From Actinomycetota bacterium (GTDB lineage Bacteria; Actinomycetota; CADDZG01; JAHWKV01): a stretch of 64,000 bases of DNA. The notes under the pieces are model-generated. The model saw only the letters and a list, made by a program, of their open reading frames with translations. It did not search any database and had not been told where the DNA came from. Below, piece by piece: positions 29,012-38,484 of the stretch; position 1 is the first letter of the stretch; each line of letters begins with the position of its first letter. The DNA lies in assembly GCA_019347715.1 (NCBI GenBank), contig JAHWKU010000007.1, positions 8,349 to 72,348 of the forward strand, read 5' to 3'. Position numbers and translations under genes: made by a program.

Positions 29012-29457
29012 CGCCTTCCCAAAAGCGCTTTCAGGTTCTTATCAACCAGGCTCGGCTCAGACTCTGCGACCTGGATCTTCCCGGGAGGGCCAATGATGTA
29101 TTCCTGGGCCTCGGGAACGACCAATCCCAGACTCGCGGCGGCCTCGGCCACTTTCTTGGGTGACTCTGCCGCAGCCACTTCCAGCCGCATGTCGCGGAAT
29201 CTTGCCTCCTGCTCCGAAGCCTGCTCCTGCAGCTCCCGCAAGTGAAATGAGCTCTGCGCGGCATAGATGTGAAGCAGGACAAGACCGAAGATCCCGATCG
29301 CCACAACCAGGAAGGTCGCTGCCAGGAATGGAACGCCAGGCCCGGTCTTTTTGGCCCGCGCTCTCCCCGGCCGCGCACTTACGAGCCTGAGATGGCCTCG
29401 GCTGCGGTTTTTGGAAGACCGCTTTGGAGTCGAACGAGTCTTCGGTTGCGCCGACAT
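29008..29457 (-). CDS. ftsL: FtsL-like cell division protein
   Basis: Basic N-terminus, one TM, coiled coil, A..LGLV.P; position between rsmH and ftsI. Confidence 0.8.
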   Translation of the reverse strand: MSAQPKTRSTPKRSSKNRSRGHLRLVSARPGRARAKKTGPGVPFLAATFLVVAIGIFGLVLLHIYAAQSSFHLRELQEQASEQEARFRDMRLEVAAAESPKKVAEAAASLGLVVPEAQEYIIGPPGKIQVAESEPSLVDKNLKALLGRR

Positions 29458-30404
29458 CAAGCAGCCGGCCTTCCGAGTTTCTCCGCGACTCTCATCTTGG
29501 CGCTGTCGGAGCGAGGATTGCTTGCGGACTCCTCATCCGTTGGCCGGACGGGCTTCTTGGTAAGCACGCGCAGGTCCGATTCCCGACCGCAGACGCAGAT
29601 CGGAAAGTCGGATGGACACGTGCATCCTCGAGAAAGCTCGGCGAAGGTGCGCTTTGCGATCCGATCCTCGAGCGAGTGGTAGCTGATCACTGCCACCCTG
29701 CCCCCCGGAGCGGTCGCCTCGACGGCGGCAGGAAGAGACTCAGTAAGAGCCTCCAGCTCGTCGTTTACCTCTATCCGCAGGGCTTGAAAGGTCCGTCTGG
29801 CCGGGTGGGGGCCGGTCCTGCGCGTTGCCGCTGGAATGGCGTCGCGGACCACTTCCGCGAGGTCATCCGCTGTAGCAAACGGTTCCTTCGCACGCCGCCG
29901 GACGATCGCCCTGGCGATGCGGCGGGCGAATCTCTCCTCCCCATAACGGGCGATGAGAGAACTTATGCTCTGTTCCGAATAAGTATTCACGATGATCGCC
30001 GCAGTGGTCGGTGCTTCAGGATCCATGCGCATGTCCAGAGCAGCGTTACCCCGATACCCAAAACCCCGGTCGGCGCGATCGAGCTGGGGAGATGAGACCC
30101 CAAGGTCGTAAAGGACCGCCCCAGCCTCCTCATAGCCGTACTCCTCCATCACGTCCGACAGTTGCCGGAAGTTCTTCTGCACGAGGCGGACTCGAGATGA
30201 CTCGAGCTTCGCGGATGCCGCTGCCAGCGCCTGCGGATCCCTGTCGAGACCGAGCACGGAAATTCCAGGATTCCTCTCTAGGAGCGCGGCGGAGTGCCCT
30301 CCTCCTCCGACCGTGCAGTCGATCAGCACGGGAGTCTTCTCCAATCCAGGTGAAAGCCAATCAACGACCTCCCTTAGCAGTACCGGGACATGGTCGAACG
30401 CCAT
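29457..30404 (-). CDS. rsmH: 16S rRNA m4C1402 methyltransferase
   Basis: HVPVLL, DCTVGGGGHS, DLGVSSPQLD, FQALRIEVN, SYHSLEDR, NPRSDSAKMR. Confidence 0.97.
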   Translation of the reverse strand: MAFDHVPVLLREVVDWLSPGLEKTPVLIDCTVGGGGHSAALLERNPGISVLGLDRDPQALAAASAKLESSRVRLVQKNFRQLSDVMEEYGYEEAGAVLYDLGVSSPQLDRADRGFGYRGNAALDMRMDPEAPTTAAIIVNTYSEQSISSLIARYGEERFARRIARAIVRRRAKEPFATADDLAEVVRDAIPAATRRTGPHPARRTFQALRIEVNDELEALTESLPAAVEATAPGGRVAVISYHSLEDRIAKRTFAELSRGCTCPSDFPICVCGRESDLRVLTKKPVRPTDEESASNPRSDSAKMRVAEKLGRPAA

Positions 30405-30413
30405 GACACGCGA

Positions 30414-30542
30414 TTACTCCGCAGCTTTGACAAAGAACAGTGCAATCCCGACCCAGCCGGCCAGAGTGAAGCCGGCAATGGCCAGTAAAAGGACGGTTTC
30501 CGTCAATTCCTTGACCAGCCTTGCTCCTTCGATCCTCTCCAT
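30414..30542 (-). CDS. 42-aa single-TM small protein
   Basis: AGGAGG SD 6 nt before ATG 30542; MERIEGARLVKELTETVLLLAIAGFTLAGWVGIALFFVKAAE; fills the mraZ-rsmH gap. Confidence 0.7.
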   Translation of the reverse strand: MERIEGARLVKELTETVLLLAIAGFTLAGWVGIALFFVKAAE

Positions 30543-30552
30543 GTGCTTCCTC

Positions 30553-30975
30553 CTAACTCTCCAGCTCCTCGGCGATCCCCTCGTAATCGGAGTTGAGATG
30601 GCCGCGGTAGTTCTCCCAGGCTTCCTTGTCCCAAATCTCTGCTCGATCATTGACTCCGATGAGCACCACCTCCCTGGTCAGGCCGGCGTGCTCTCGAAGG
30701 CTGGATGGAACGGTCACCCGCCCCTGCTTGTCGACGTGTTCTTCCTGCGAACCGGAATAGAGCATGCGCGCGTACTCTCTGGCCGGACGATTCTCGAGAG
30801 CCCTTGCCGATACGCGCTCCGCGTAGGTCGTAAAGTGATCGGGAGTCATTACGTATAAACAGCTCTCGAGGCCTTTGGAGATGACGACGCCATCCCCTAG
30901 CTCCTCCCGCCACCGAGATGGCACGAAGACTCGGCCCTTCGAGTCCAGCGTGTGTCGAAACTCTCCCAAAAGCAC
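30553..30975 (-). CDS. mraZ: transcriptional regulator MraZ
   Basis: LGEFRHTLDSKGR, DKQGRV, IGVNDRAEIW (two SpoVT/AbrB repeats). Confidence 0.96.
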   Translation of the reverse strand: MLLGEFRHTLDSKGRVFVPSRWREELGDGVVISKGLESCLYVMTPDHFTTYAERVSARALENRPAREYARMLYSGSQEEHVDKQGRVTVPSSLREHAGLTREVVLIGVNDRAEIWDKEAWENYRGHLNSDYEGIAEELES

Positions 30976-31050
30976 CCGTGCGCTCCAACTCTCCTACCCC
31001 TCCGCTAGCCGGCTGGTCCCTCGAGGGGTCCGGATCCGGCAGTGGCGGCT

Positions 31051-31094
31051 CCACCACTTTGCGCCACGTTACTCCCCTCTTGCACCACCGTCAA
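31051..31094 (-). promoter_or_regulatory. dcw promoter with MraZ-binding GTGG repeats
   Basis: Minus strand TTGACG-N17-TAACGT overlaid by GTGG/AGGG units at about 10-nt spacing. Confidence 0.75.
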
Positions 31095-31159
31095 CCTGTT
31101 TCGGCAGAAAAACTGATCGCTTTAGTGATTCTAGTGACTATTGTTAATTTTTGATGCAT

Positions 31160-31177
31160 AACTACACAGATGTAATT
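31160..31177. promoter_or_regulatory. palindromic operator AACTACA-CAGA-TGTAATT (McdR/Rv1830-type)
   Basis: Reverse complement AATTACA-TCTG-TGTAGTT has both half-sites identical to the site at 5479-5496; lies in an AT-rich patch. Confidence 0.65.
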
Positions 31178-31191
31178 AATAGCCTCCTGGG

Positions 31192-32250
31192 GTGATGGCG
31201 AAGCAGCGGATCGTCCTGCTCGTGATCGCGGTGATAGTTGCGGCAGGACTCCTCCTTTCCCGTCTCGACTTCCCGTGGCGGCCTTCCCCCCAAGGGCCGA
31301 CTCCCGAGGCCGGGTCGCCTGCGTCACTGCCGGAGCTCTCGCTGGTCGTCGAGATCGGAGACGAGCTTCGAAGGTACCAGCTGCCCGGGGCTCAGTTCGA
31401 GGTAATTGAGCCATCACGCGCGCTAGGCATTGGAGGAGCTCGGGTAGAAATTCCTGAAAGCAGGATCTTCTCCCTGTTCCATACCGGCGACAGCGTGGTG
31501 TTTCTGAGAGGAGGCAGGGTGTTCAGCTTCGAACATCCGCGCTACGGGATCCCCTTGGACCTCGGACCGGCCAACTCTGTTTTTCCCGGTCGCACCAGGG
31601 GCAAGGTCTGGATGACACGGCGCACGGAGAAAGGTCTAGAAGTCGGAGAGCAATCCGTTCATCGGTTCGGCGCGGACTCGGTGGCGGAACTCCGGAGCGG
31701 AGAGGTGCCGGTGGCAGAAGTGGACCGTGGATTGATCTCGGTCAACGAAACCCAGAAGGGGGCCCGCCTGAGCCTTCTCGACCGGAGAACGTTCGAAGTG
31801 AAACAGAAGCTAGCCACCGACGGAGTGTTCTTGGCAGCCTCCGGATCATTTGTGGCCTGGAGCGACCGCCCGCCTTGTCCTTCGTCTCGATGCACCTTTC
31901 GCCTGCTCGACCTCTTCGATGGAACCTCGCATCAGATCGAAGGAGCGGAGGGGAGTTTCGGGTTCGTTGAAGGTGGGGCATTCAGTGAATCGAGGGCCCA
32001 TCTTGCGGTCTTCGTACTGAATGAGTCCAGGAGCTTGCAATCGCTGTTTCTCATCGATACTCGAAAAGGATCCGGCCGCGTCATCCCCGGTACCGAGTTC
32101 AACTCGGCGGGTTTTGCCGGCCGAGCAGAGTGGTTCGTAGACCGGGTCTTCTACGGAACAGGATTTTCCGAGATCGGAGTGCATCGCCTAGGGGATACAA
32201 CGGGAGAAAAGACCGGGATCTCTTCCTCGTGGGCCTTTATAGCGATCTAG
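31192..32250 (+). CDS. hypothetical membrane-anchored/exported protein, possibly beta-propeller
   Basis: N-terminal hydrophobic helix, Pro-rich linker, beta-rich body. Confidence 0.65.
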   Translation: MMAKQRIVLLVIAVIVAAGLLLSRLDFPWRPSPQGPTPEAGSPASLPELSLVVEIGDELRRYQLPGAQFEVIEPSRALGIGGARVEIPESRIFSLFHTGDSVVFLRGGRVFSFEHPRYGIPLDLGPANSVFPGRTRGKVWMTRRTEKGLEVGEQSVHRFGADSVAELRSGEVPVAEVDRGLISVNETQKGARLSLLDRRTFEVKQKLATDGVFLAASGSFVAWSDRPPCPSSRCTFRLLDLFDGTSHQIEGAEGSFGFVEGGAFSESRAHLAVFVLNESRSLQSLFLIDTRKGSGRVIPGTEFNSAGFAGRAEWFVDRVFYGTGFSEIGVHRLGDTTGEKTGISSSWAFIAI

Positions 32251-32260
32251 GGCCTATCTC

Positions 32261-32767
32261 TTACGATGCACTTCCGCTCATCTGAAGGTAAGGCTCCCAG
32301 GTCGGGTGGAGCTTTCCTACCGAAACGATGAGAAAGAGATTGTCCTTCGGAGCCCGCGGCTGACACTTGAGCGTCAGACCCACTTCGTGGGGAAGACGGT
32401 TTTCCTTTCGCGTATTGCACTTCCGGCAGCAGGCCACGACATTTTCCCAGGTGTGGGTTCCTCCTCGTGAACGCGGGTTGACGTGATCGACGTTCTCGGC
32501 CTGTTCACCGCAGTACTGGCAACTGAAGCCGTCGCGCACAAAAACGGCCCGCCGCGACAGAGTCGCTCGGGCCCGATAAGGGACCTTGACGAAATATTTG
32601 AGTCTCACGACCGCCGGAATCGGCACGGTCATCTTCTCCGAGTGGAATGCTCCCCCATCGATGTCGGTGATCTCGGCCTTTCCTTTGAGGACGAGAACGA
32701 CAGCCCGCCGGGCAGGTACTACGCACAGCGGCTGGAATGAGGCGTTAAGGACTAGTGATCTCCCCAA
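32261..32767 (-). CDS. HNH endonuclease (McrA-like, LVLNAS family)
   Basis: LVLNASFQPL, RDGFSCQYCG, VDHVNPRSRGG..WENVVACCRKCNTRK. Confidence 0.92.
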   Translation of the reverse strand: MGRSLVLNASFQPLCVVPARRAVVLVLKGKAEITDIDGGAFHSEKMTVPIPAVVRLKYFVKVPYRARATLSRRAVFVRDGFSCQYCGEQAENVDHVNPRSRGGTHTWENVVACCRKCNTRKENRLPHEVGLTLKCQPRAPKDNLFLIVSVGKLHPTWEPYLQMSGSAS

Positions 32768-32811
32768 CCGGTGATACTCCTCTTTCTACTGCGAATCAGT
32801 ATAAGGGCGAC

Positions 32812-33918
32812 TCAGGGAGTTGCCGGATCAGATTCCGTCGAATCGTCCGGGCGTTCACGCCAGATGAGTCGCGCCGGAAGACCGGGATCCTTGTCTTCGA
32901 TGAGATCGGCTGCGGCCCTGCCCATCCTTGGGCCGAATTTGAAACCATGCCCGCTGCAAGCAGATACCACCAGGAGCGGCCCATCTTGCGCGAAGACGAA
33001 GTCCTCGTTGGGAGCATTGGTGTAAAGACAGGTCTCCCCGGCAATCAACCCGGGCTTCTGTCCGGATATCCCCTCGAGCCAGCTCGTCACCTCTTCGATC
33101 CCATCGTCGGTCGGTTCAAATGGCCCAAGATCCGGATCGACTTCTCCACCGTGATGATGAAGCCCGACCCGGATCCCGGCAGCCTCATATCTCTTGGGAA
33201 CCAAGTAGTGGGTCGGCTCGTTCCAGTCGATGATTACGGGCAGGTCCCGGGCAATCGAAAAGTAGGCAACCTGCTCTTTCGTCACTACCAAAGGGAGTTC
33301 GATCTTGGCCGTCTGCGCCAGCTGCCTGGTCCATGCCCCAGCCCCGACGACCGCTCGCTCTGCGGTGATGGAGCCATCTTCGACAACTACCTCGACTCCA
33401 TTGGGTCCGGGCGAAACCGATCGAACCTTGACCCCATATCTGAACTCCGCTCCAGCAAGTGAGGCCAGGTGGGCCTGGGATGCAACGACTTTAGAGGCAG
33501 CGATAACTCCGGTTGATTCCTGAAAGATGCCGTATGAGTCGGCGGCAACATGCAGATCGAACCGCTCGGAGATCTCGGTTGCGTCGAGCTCTTCGAAGGC
33601 AACCCCGCATTCTGAAAGTGCTTGAGCGCAGAGGGCTGCACCTTCTCCGATGTCAATCCCACCCGTGGGCTCCACTACTGCGGCGCCAAGGTCACGCTCA
33701 AGGCGCTGCCAGTCGCGCCAGCCCTCGAGAGCAAGCTCGACATAGATGGGGTCCTGATTGGAAAAACGAAAGATGCGAGTCGGCCCATGTGATGAGCCTC
33801 TTGAATGCCCTGCGTCGAACTGCTCCAGCACCATTACTCGGTGCCCTCGCCGTGACAGTTCGAGAGCGGCAGACGTCCCCATCAGCCCGGCGCCCACGAT
33901 AATTATCTCAGCGTCCAC
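32812..33918 (-). CDS. FAD-dependent oxidoreductase, sarcosine/N-methyltryptophan oxidase (SolA-like)
   Basis: IVGAGLMG, GSSHGPTRIFR, CLYT, ACSGHGFKFGP. Confidence 0.88.
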   Translation of the reverse strand: MDAEIIIVGAGLMGTSAALELSRRGHRVMVLEQFDAGHSRGSSHGPTRIFRFSNQDPIYVELALEGWRDWQRLERDLGAAVVEPTGGIDIGEGAALCAQALSECGVAFEELDATEISERFDLHVAADSYGIFQESTGVIAASKVVASQAHLASLAGAEFRYGVKVRSVSPGPNGVEVVVEDGSITAERAVVGAGAWTRQLAQTAKIELPLVVTKEQVAYFSIARDLPVIIDWNEPTHYLVPKRYEAAGIRVGLHHHGGEVDPDLGPFEPTDDGIEEVTSWLEGISGQKPGLIAGETCLYTNAPNEDFVFAQDGPLLVVSACSGHGFKFGPRMGRAAADLIEDKDPGLPARLIWRERPDDSTESDPATP

Positions 33919-34005
33919 GACCTCAACTATCTCCCGAAGCGGCTAAAGTTGCACCCTCAGGGGGGAGATGGCCGATCACCGAGAACGGCCCCATTGAGGA
34001 GGCGC

Positions 34006-34980
34006 ATGGCTAGGACGAGGAGGGAAACCAGACTTTCCGGATATACGGGCTTTGCTGCGATTTTCGAGGAGATCGTCTCCAACGTTGAAAACGTAATCGA
34101 GGGGAAGTCCGATGTGATCCGTCTGGCTCTCATCACACTAATAGCTGAGGGGCATCTGCTGATCGAGGACGTTCCCGGTGTCGGCAAAACGATGCTTGCG
34201 AAAGCAATCTCGCGAAGCACCTCATGTGTCTGGCGAAGAATTCAGTTCACCCCGGACCTTCTCCCATCCGATATCACCGGCGTCAGCATCTACAACAGCC
34301 AGGCCAAGAGATTCGAATTCAAACCGGGGGCGATCTTCGCCAACATTGTTTTGGGCGACGAAATCAACCGAGCATCTCCCAAGACTCAGTCTGCACTGCT
34401 TGAATCCATGGAAGAACGTCAGGTCACCGTTGATGGGGTAACTCACCCGCTTAGCCTGCCGTTCATGGTGATAGCCACTCAGAACCCTATCGAGCACGAA
34501 GGCACCTATCCCCTGCCGGAAAGCCAGCTGGACAGGTTCATGATGCGGCTGCAGATCGGCTATCCGGATCCGGCGCACTCAATAGAGATTTTGAACCGTC
34601 ACGGGGTCACCGAGCCGGTGGAAAAGATCAAACCGGTCGTCGATACCGAGGGAGTGCTGAGCCTTATCGAGGGAGCTCGCAAAGTTCACGTGGCGGACCC
34701 GCTGAAGAGATACATCGTGGAACTTACCGAAGCAACTCGTTCACACTCCGGCATCTTTCTTGGAGCGAGCCCACGCGCAGCGCTCTTCCTTCTGAAGGCC
34801 GGGAGGGCAAAGGCTGCCTCCGAAGCCAGGGACTTCGCGCTGCCGGACGACGTGAAGGAACTCGCGATACCTGTGCTGTCCCACCGAATCCTGCTGTCCG
34901 CCGAGGCGCAGATGCGGGGACTCTCCCCTGAAGACATACTTACCGAGCTTCTAAACTCCATCCCCATCCCGGCAAAGTAA
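34006..34980 (+). CDS. moxR: MoxR-family AAA+ ATPase
   Basis: EDVPGVGKT, RIQFTPDLLPSD, DEINRASPKTQSALLE, QNPIEHEGTYPLPESQLDRF; start uncertain (33949 or 34006). Confidence 0.95.
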   Translation: MARTRRETRLSGYTGFAAIFEEIVSNVENVIEGKSDVIRLALITLIAEGHLLIEDVPGVGKTMLAKAISRSTSCVWRRIQFTPDLLPSDITGVSIYNSQAKRFEFKPGAIFANIVLGDEINRASPKTQSALLESMEERQVTVDGVTHPLSLPFMVIATQNPIEHEGTYPLPESQLDRFMMRLQIGYPDPAHSIEILNRHGVTEPVEKIKPVVDTEGVLSLIEGARKVHVADPLKRYIVELTEATRSHSGIFLGASPRAALFLLKAGRAKAASEARDFALPDDVKELAIPVLSHRILLSAEAQMRGLSPEDILTELLNSIPIPAK

Positions 34981-34981
34981 G

Positions 34982-36244
34982 GTGGCCACCGGCCGCGGCT
35001 TCGTCGTTCTGACGGTTTCATTCCTCTTTTTGCTCGGCGGCAGACTGTTTGGAATCCGAGATTTCTATGAGGTCGGCGGTGGCCTGGTCCTGATCGTGAT
35101 AGCCGGCATCGCAGTTACGGCCAGGGCCAAGCGATCGGTCTCGGCTGCCAGGTCTGTCGTGCCTCCTCGAGTTACGGCCGGAAGACCGGCGAGTGTGGAG
35201 ATAACCATCACCAACGACGATCGCCGCCAGACTCCTCCCCTGCTGTACAGGGATACGTTGCCTCCCCATCTGCTCGGTAAGAGTCGCTTTGGCGTCACGC
35301 CGGTTCCAAGTAATTCAAAGAAGACCGCGGCCTACGAGGTGGTCGGTACGAGAAGAGGCGTCTATGACATCGGCCCCGGGGAGCTTACTTTCACAGATCC
35401 ATACGGGACCGCTAACAAACGAGTTCAGCTCGTGGGGACATCGCGGATCACCGTACATCCCGAGGTCGAAACCCTGGCGCAGAGCGGAGGACTAGGAGAA
35501 CGCTTCGGGTCCGGAAAGATGAGGCGCTTCGCCCCCACAACCAGCGGCGGCGAGTTCTTCACCTTGAGGGAGTTTCAGGCAGGAGACGACTTGAGGAAGA
35601 TCCACTGGCCATCGACGGCGCGATTGGGAAAGCCGATGCTGAGACAAGAGGAACAGCAACGACAGATGCTCGCGACCATAGTCCTGGACGATCGTCACGA
35701 CCGACATCGTCTGGGGAGCCCGGATTCATTCGAGCAAAGTGTCCGGTCTGCCGCCTCGATGATCGGCCTTTACATGGGGTCAGGTTTTTATGTCCGGCTT
35801 GCGTTCGTGGGCGCACCCGGCCCCGGCGGCAGGACCGAGTTTGGCCGTGGAACAGACCATTACAACCATCTGTTGGATTCGCTTGCCGTGGTTACCACCA
35901 CCAGACAGGGGGATCTGGCTGCCAAGCTTGCATCCCTTCGAGCAAGCTCCACGGGGGGCGTCCTGGTGATCGTCACAACCGACGCAGAGTCTGCTTACGG
36001 CGCTCTCAGAGATCGACTTGCGGATCGAAGTGCATTCAAAATGGTCGTGATTCATCCCCTTCACGACTTTCTCTCCGTGACGGACTCCGAACGGGCGGCT
36101 AGAGAAATGAGCTTGGACGGCGTTTTAAGGCTGATGCGCGACTCCGGCATCACGCACGTAGTGTCCAGAGCCGGTCGCTCTCTCGCAGAGGCTTGGGTCG
36201 AGAGGCAGGGGGCCCCGCATGCAGCCCGCGGAGGCGCAGCTTGA
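34982..36244 (+). CDS. DUF58 (VWA-like) protein
   Basis: RRGVY..GP, DPYG, LREFQAGDDLRKIHWPSTAR. Confidence 0.9.
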   Translation: MATGRGFVVLTVSFLFLLGGRLFGIRDFYEVGGGLVLIVIAGIAVTARAKRSVSAARSVVPPRVTAGRPASVEITITNDDRRQTPPLLYRDTLPPHLLGKSRFGVTPVPSNSKKTAAYEVVGTRRGVYDIGPGELTFTDPYGTANKRVQLVGTSRITVHPEVETLAQSGGLGERFGSGKMRRFAPTTSGGEFFTLREFQAGDDLRKIHWPSTARLGKPMLRQEEQQRQMLATIVLDDRHDRHRLGSPDSFEQSVRSAASMIGLYMGSGFYVRLAFVGAPGPGGRTEFGRGTDHYNHLLDSLAVVTTTRQGDLAAKLASLRASSTGGVLVIVTTDAESAYGALRDRLADRSAFKMVVIHPLHDFLSVTDSERAAREMSLDGVLRLMRDSGITHVVSRAGRSLAEAWVERQGAPHAARGGAA

Positions 36245-38484
36245 TCAAACAGGCCGAACGCTTCAGGCTTTTCGCGCTGACGGGACTTGCTTCTGCCGCC
36301 GTACTTTCCTACGCCAGGGTGCTGTCCGGAACTTCTTGGATATTCCCAACTCTCATCGCCGCATGGCTCTCGATCGCCGCCAGCCACGGGCTGCGGATGA
36401 CCCGTCTATGGAGACCAACCACATTCGTCGTGTCGCTGTTGCTGGGGACCTGGTTCGTGGCCCTAGTGGTCTTTCCGGAGACGACAATCGTCGCTATCCC
36501 AACCCCGAAAAGTATTGCGGAGATATTGCGGGCTTGCATGGATGCATGGCGAAGGAGCCGCGAGGAATTTTCACCAGTAGTTCCCGACGCGGGATTCCTG
36601 ACGTTATTGATGATGGCGGCGTGGATCTCCGGGGCCCTTTCCGTTCTGATCCTGAAAGCCTCATCTTCCCGCCAGTCCTTGACCGCAGCAGCTCCATGGG
36701 CTGCGTTGTTCGGGTATGCGGCTGCCGTTGGTACCCAGCCTGGAAGACAGCTGTACGTGGCCCTGTTTCTGGCAGGACTGATCGTGTTCGTTTTCAGCGA
36801 CTCGTGGCGGTCGATCATCCGGACCCCCCACTTCAGCGGCATCAGTTCCGCAATCAAAGAACCCAGAATTGGAGAACAGGCTTCCATGGCCACGAAGATC
36901 GGCCTTTTTTCGATTGTCGGAGCGTTTGTAATTCCGATGGTGATTCCAGGGTACGGATCAACCGGCCTCATCTCATGGGGAGATGCGGGACCGTCGAAGC
37001 GCATTGAGATCAGTCCGTTCGTCCAGATCGCCCCGCGTTTGAATGAAGATACGCAGACCACGCTGTTTACCGTAAAAGCCGACGCACCGGCGTACTGGCG
37101 CTTGACCTCGCTCAATCGTTTCGATGGACACACCTGGGAGCTGCAGGGAGATTTCGAAAGGGCCGGACGCAGGATCGAACTGAGAAATCCGCCGGTTTCG
37201 CCTGGGGCAGAGATGACCCAGAACTACCGTATCTTTGGCTTAGCCGGAAGCTGGGTGCCGGCAGCGTACGCTCCAAGATCGATCAACGGGTTGAAGATCC
37301 TGGTAGACCCAGTCAGGGACACTCTTCTCACTGACTCGCTTGTTCCCGAGACTCGCTTCACAGTCGTATCCGTGATGCCGGCCCCGACTGCAGAGCAACT
37401 GCAAGCTGCTGGAGTGAGCGGAGGTCCTTCCGAGTTCTTGGAACTTCCCTCCAACCTTCCTCCTCAGATCCAGGAGCTCAGTCGTCAAATAGCGCAGAGG
37501 GCTGCAACTCCATACGATCAGGCCCTCGCCATCCAGGAATACCTGAGACGGTTCACGTACAGCGAAGAGGTCCCTCCTGGTCACTCGGCCGACTATCTAG
37601 TGCGTTTTCTATTTCAACTGAAATCGGGCTACTGCGAGCAATTCGCAGGATCGATGGCTGTCATGCTTCGTACGCTCGGCATCCCCGCGAGGGTCGCGGT
37701 CGGTTTCCTTCCCGGTCAACAAACCGGCGACACCTTTACCATCACCAACAGAGAGGCTCACGCGTGGCCGGAGGCCTTTTTCTCCGGCGTCGGCTGGGTG
37801 GCCTTCGAGCCAACGCCTAGGGCGGAAGCCGCGCCTCCGGCCTATGCATCCCCTGCTCCAGCCGAAGTAGACGAGCAGCCCCAGGATCCGGTGCCTCCGG
37901 CAGAAGTCCCCGTGGAAGATCCCCCTCCAGACTTTGCCAACGAACTCGAACCCGTCCCGGAACCTCCTGCGTCCGCCGATCGCCCCATCGACTTCGCGTG
38001 GAGGGTTACCGTCCGCATCTTGATGGGCTCTGCGATTGTGCTGCTGCTGCTGTTTGTGTCGAAGCAGGCCTTTTTACTGATCCCTTTGGCTGGAGCCTCG
38101 ACTCCTGCACAGCAGGCTTCGGCATCCATGAGGGAGTTTCTCGCCCGAGCTGCAGATGCGTTCCGGCCCCGCCGGAGGTCAGAAACCTATCTGGAGTATG
38201 TCTATGCGGTGGCAGATTCCACCCAGATTCCGGTTGAGGACATGGCTCCGCTCGTAGACACCCACCATCTCTTCGTCTATTCCACAGATACCGTGGACGA
38301 ATTGGCAGCAACCCAAGCCAAACGTGCCCTCAAGGCAGTTCGAGGAAGGTTCTGGAAAACCTCAGGATGGTGGACCCGGATTCGGATCCTGTTTTCACCA
38401 AAACCGCTGGCCGCAGCTGCCTTTCAGCGAGTTGCCCTGGTCCGTTCCTCGATCAGGGCGTCCTCAGCAGCGCGCAGCGTCTGA
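36241..38484 (+). CDS. membrane transglutaminase-like protein (DUF3488 + TGase core)
   Basis: Multi-TM N-terminus, YWR, GYCEQFA..MAVMLRTLGIPARVAVGF, HAWPE, FEPTP; TTGA overlap. Confidence 0.9.
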   Translation: MIKQAERFRLFALTGLASAAVLSYARVLSGTSWIFPTLIAAWLSIAASHGLRMTRLWRPTTFVVSLLLGTWFVALVVFPETTIVAIPTPKSIAEILRACMDAWRRSREEFSPVVPDAGFLTLLMMAAWISGALSVLILKASSSRQSLTAAAPWAALFGYAAAVGTQPGRQLYVALFLAGLIVFVFSDSWRSIIRTPHFSGISSAIKEPRIGEQASMATKIGLFSIVGAFVIPMVIPGYGSTGLISWGDAGPSKRIEISPFVQIAPRLNEDTQTTLFTVKADAPAYWRLTSLNRFDGHTWELQGDFERAGRRIELRNPPVSPGAEMTQNYRIFGLAGSWVPAAYAPRSINGLKILVDPVRDTLLTDSLVPETRFTVVSVMPAPTAEQLQAAGVSGGPSEFLELPSNLPPQIQELSRQIAQRAATPYDQALAIQEYLRRFTYSEEVPPGHSADYLVRFLFQLKSGYCEQFAGSMAVMLRTLGIPARVAVGFLPGQQTGDTFTITNREAHAWPEAFFSGVGWVAFEPTPRAEAAPPAYASPAPAEVDEQPQDPVPPAEVPVEDPPPDFANELEPVPEPPASADRPIDFAWRVTVRILMGSAIVLLLLFVSKQAFLLIPLAGASTPAQQASASMREFLARAADAFRPRRRSETYLEYVYAVADSTQIPVEDMAPLVDTHHLFVYSTDTVDELAATQAKRALKAVRGRFWKTSGWWTRIRILFSPKPLAAAAFQRVALVRSSIRASSAARSV

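Noticed and set aside
32261..32767. HNH gene as a mobile or homing element or a defence system
   Set aside because: Belongs to a widespread stand-alone chromosomal family; no flanking repeats, methylase or integrase
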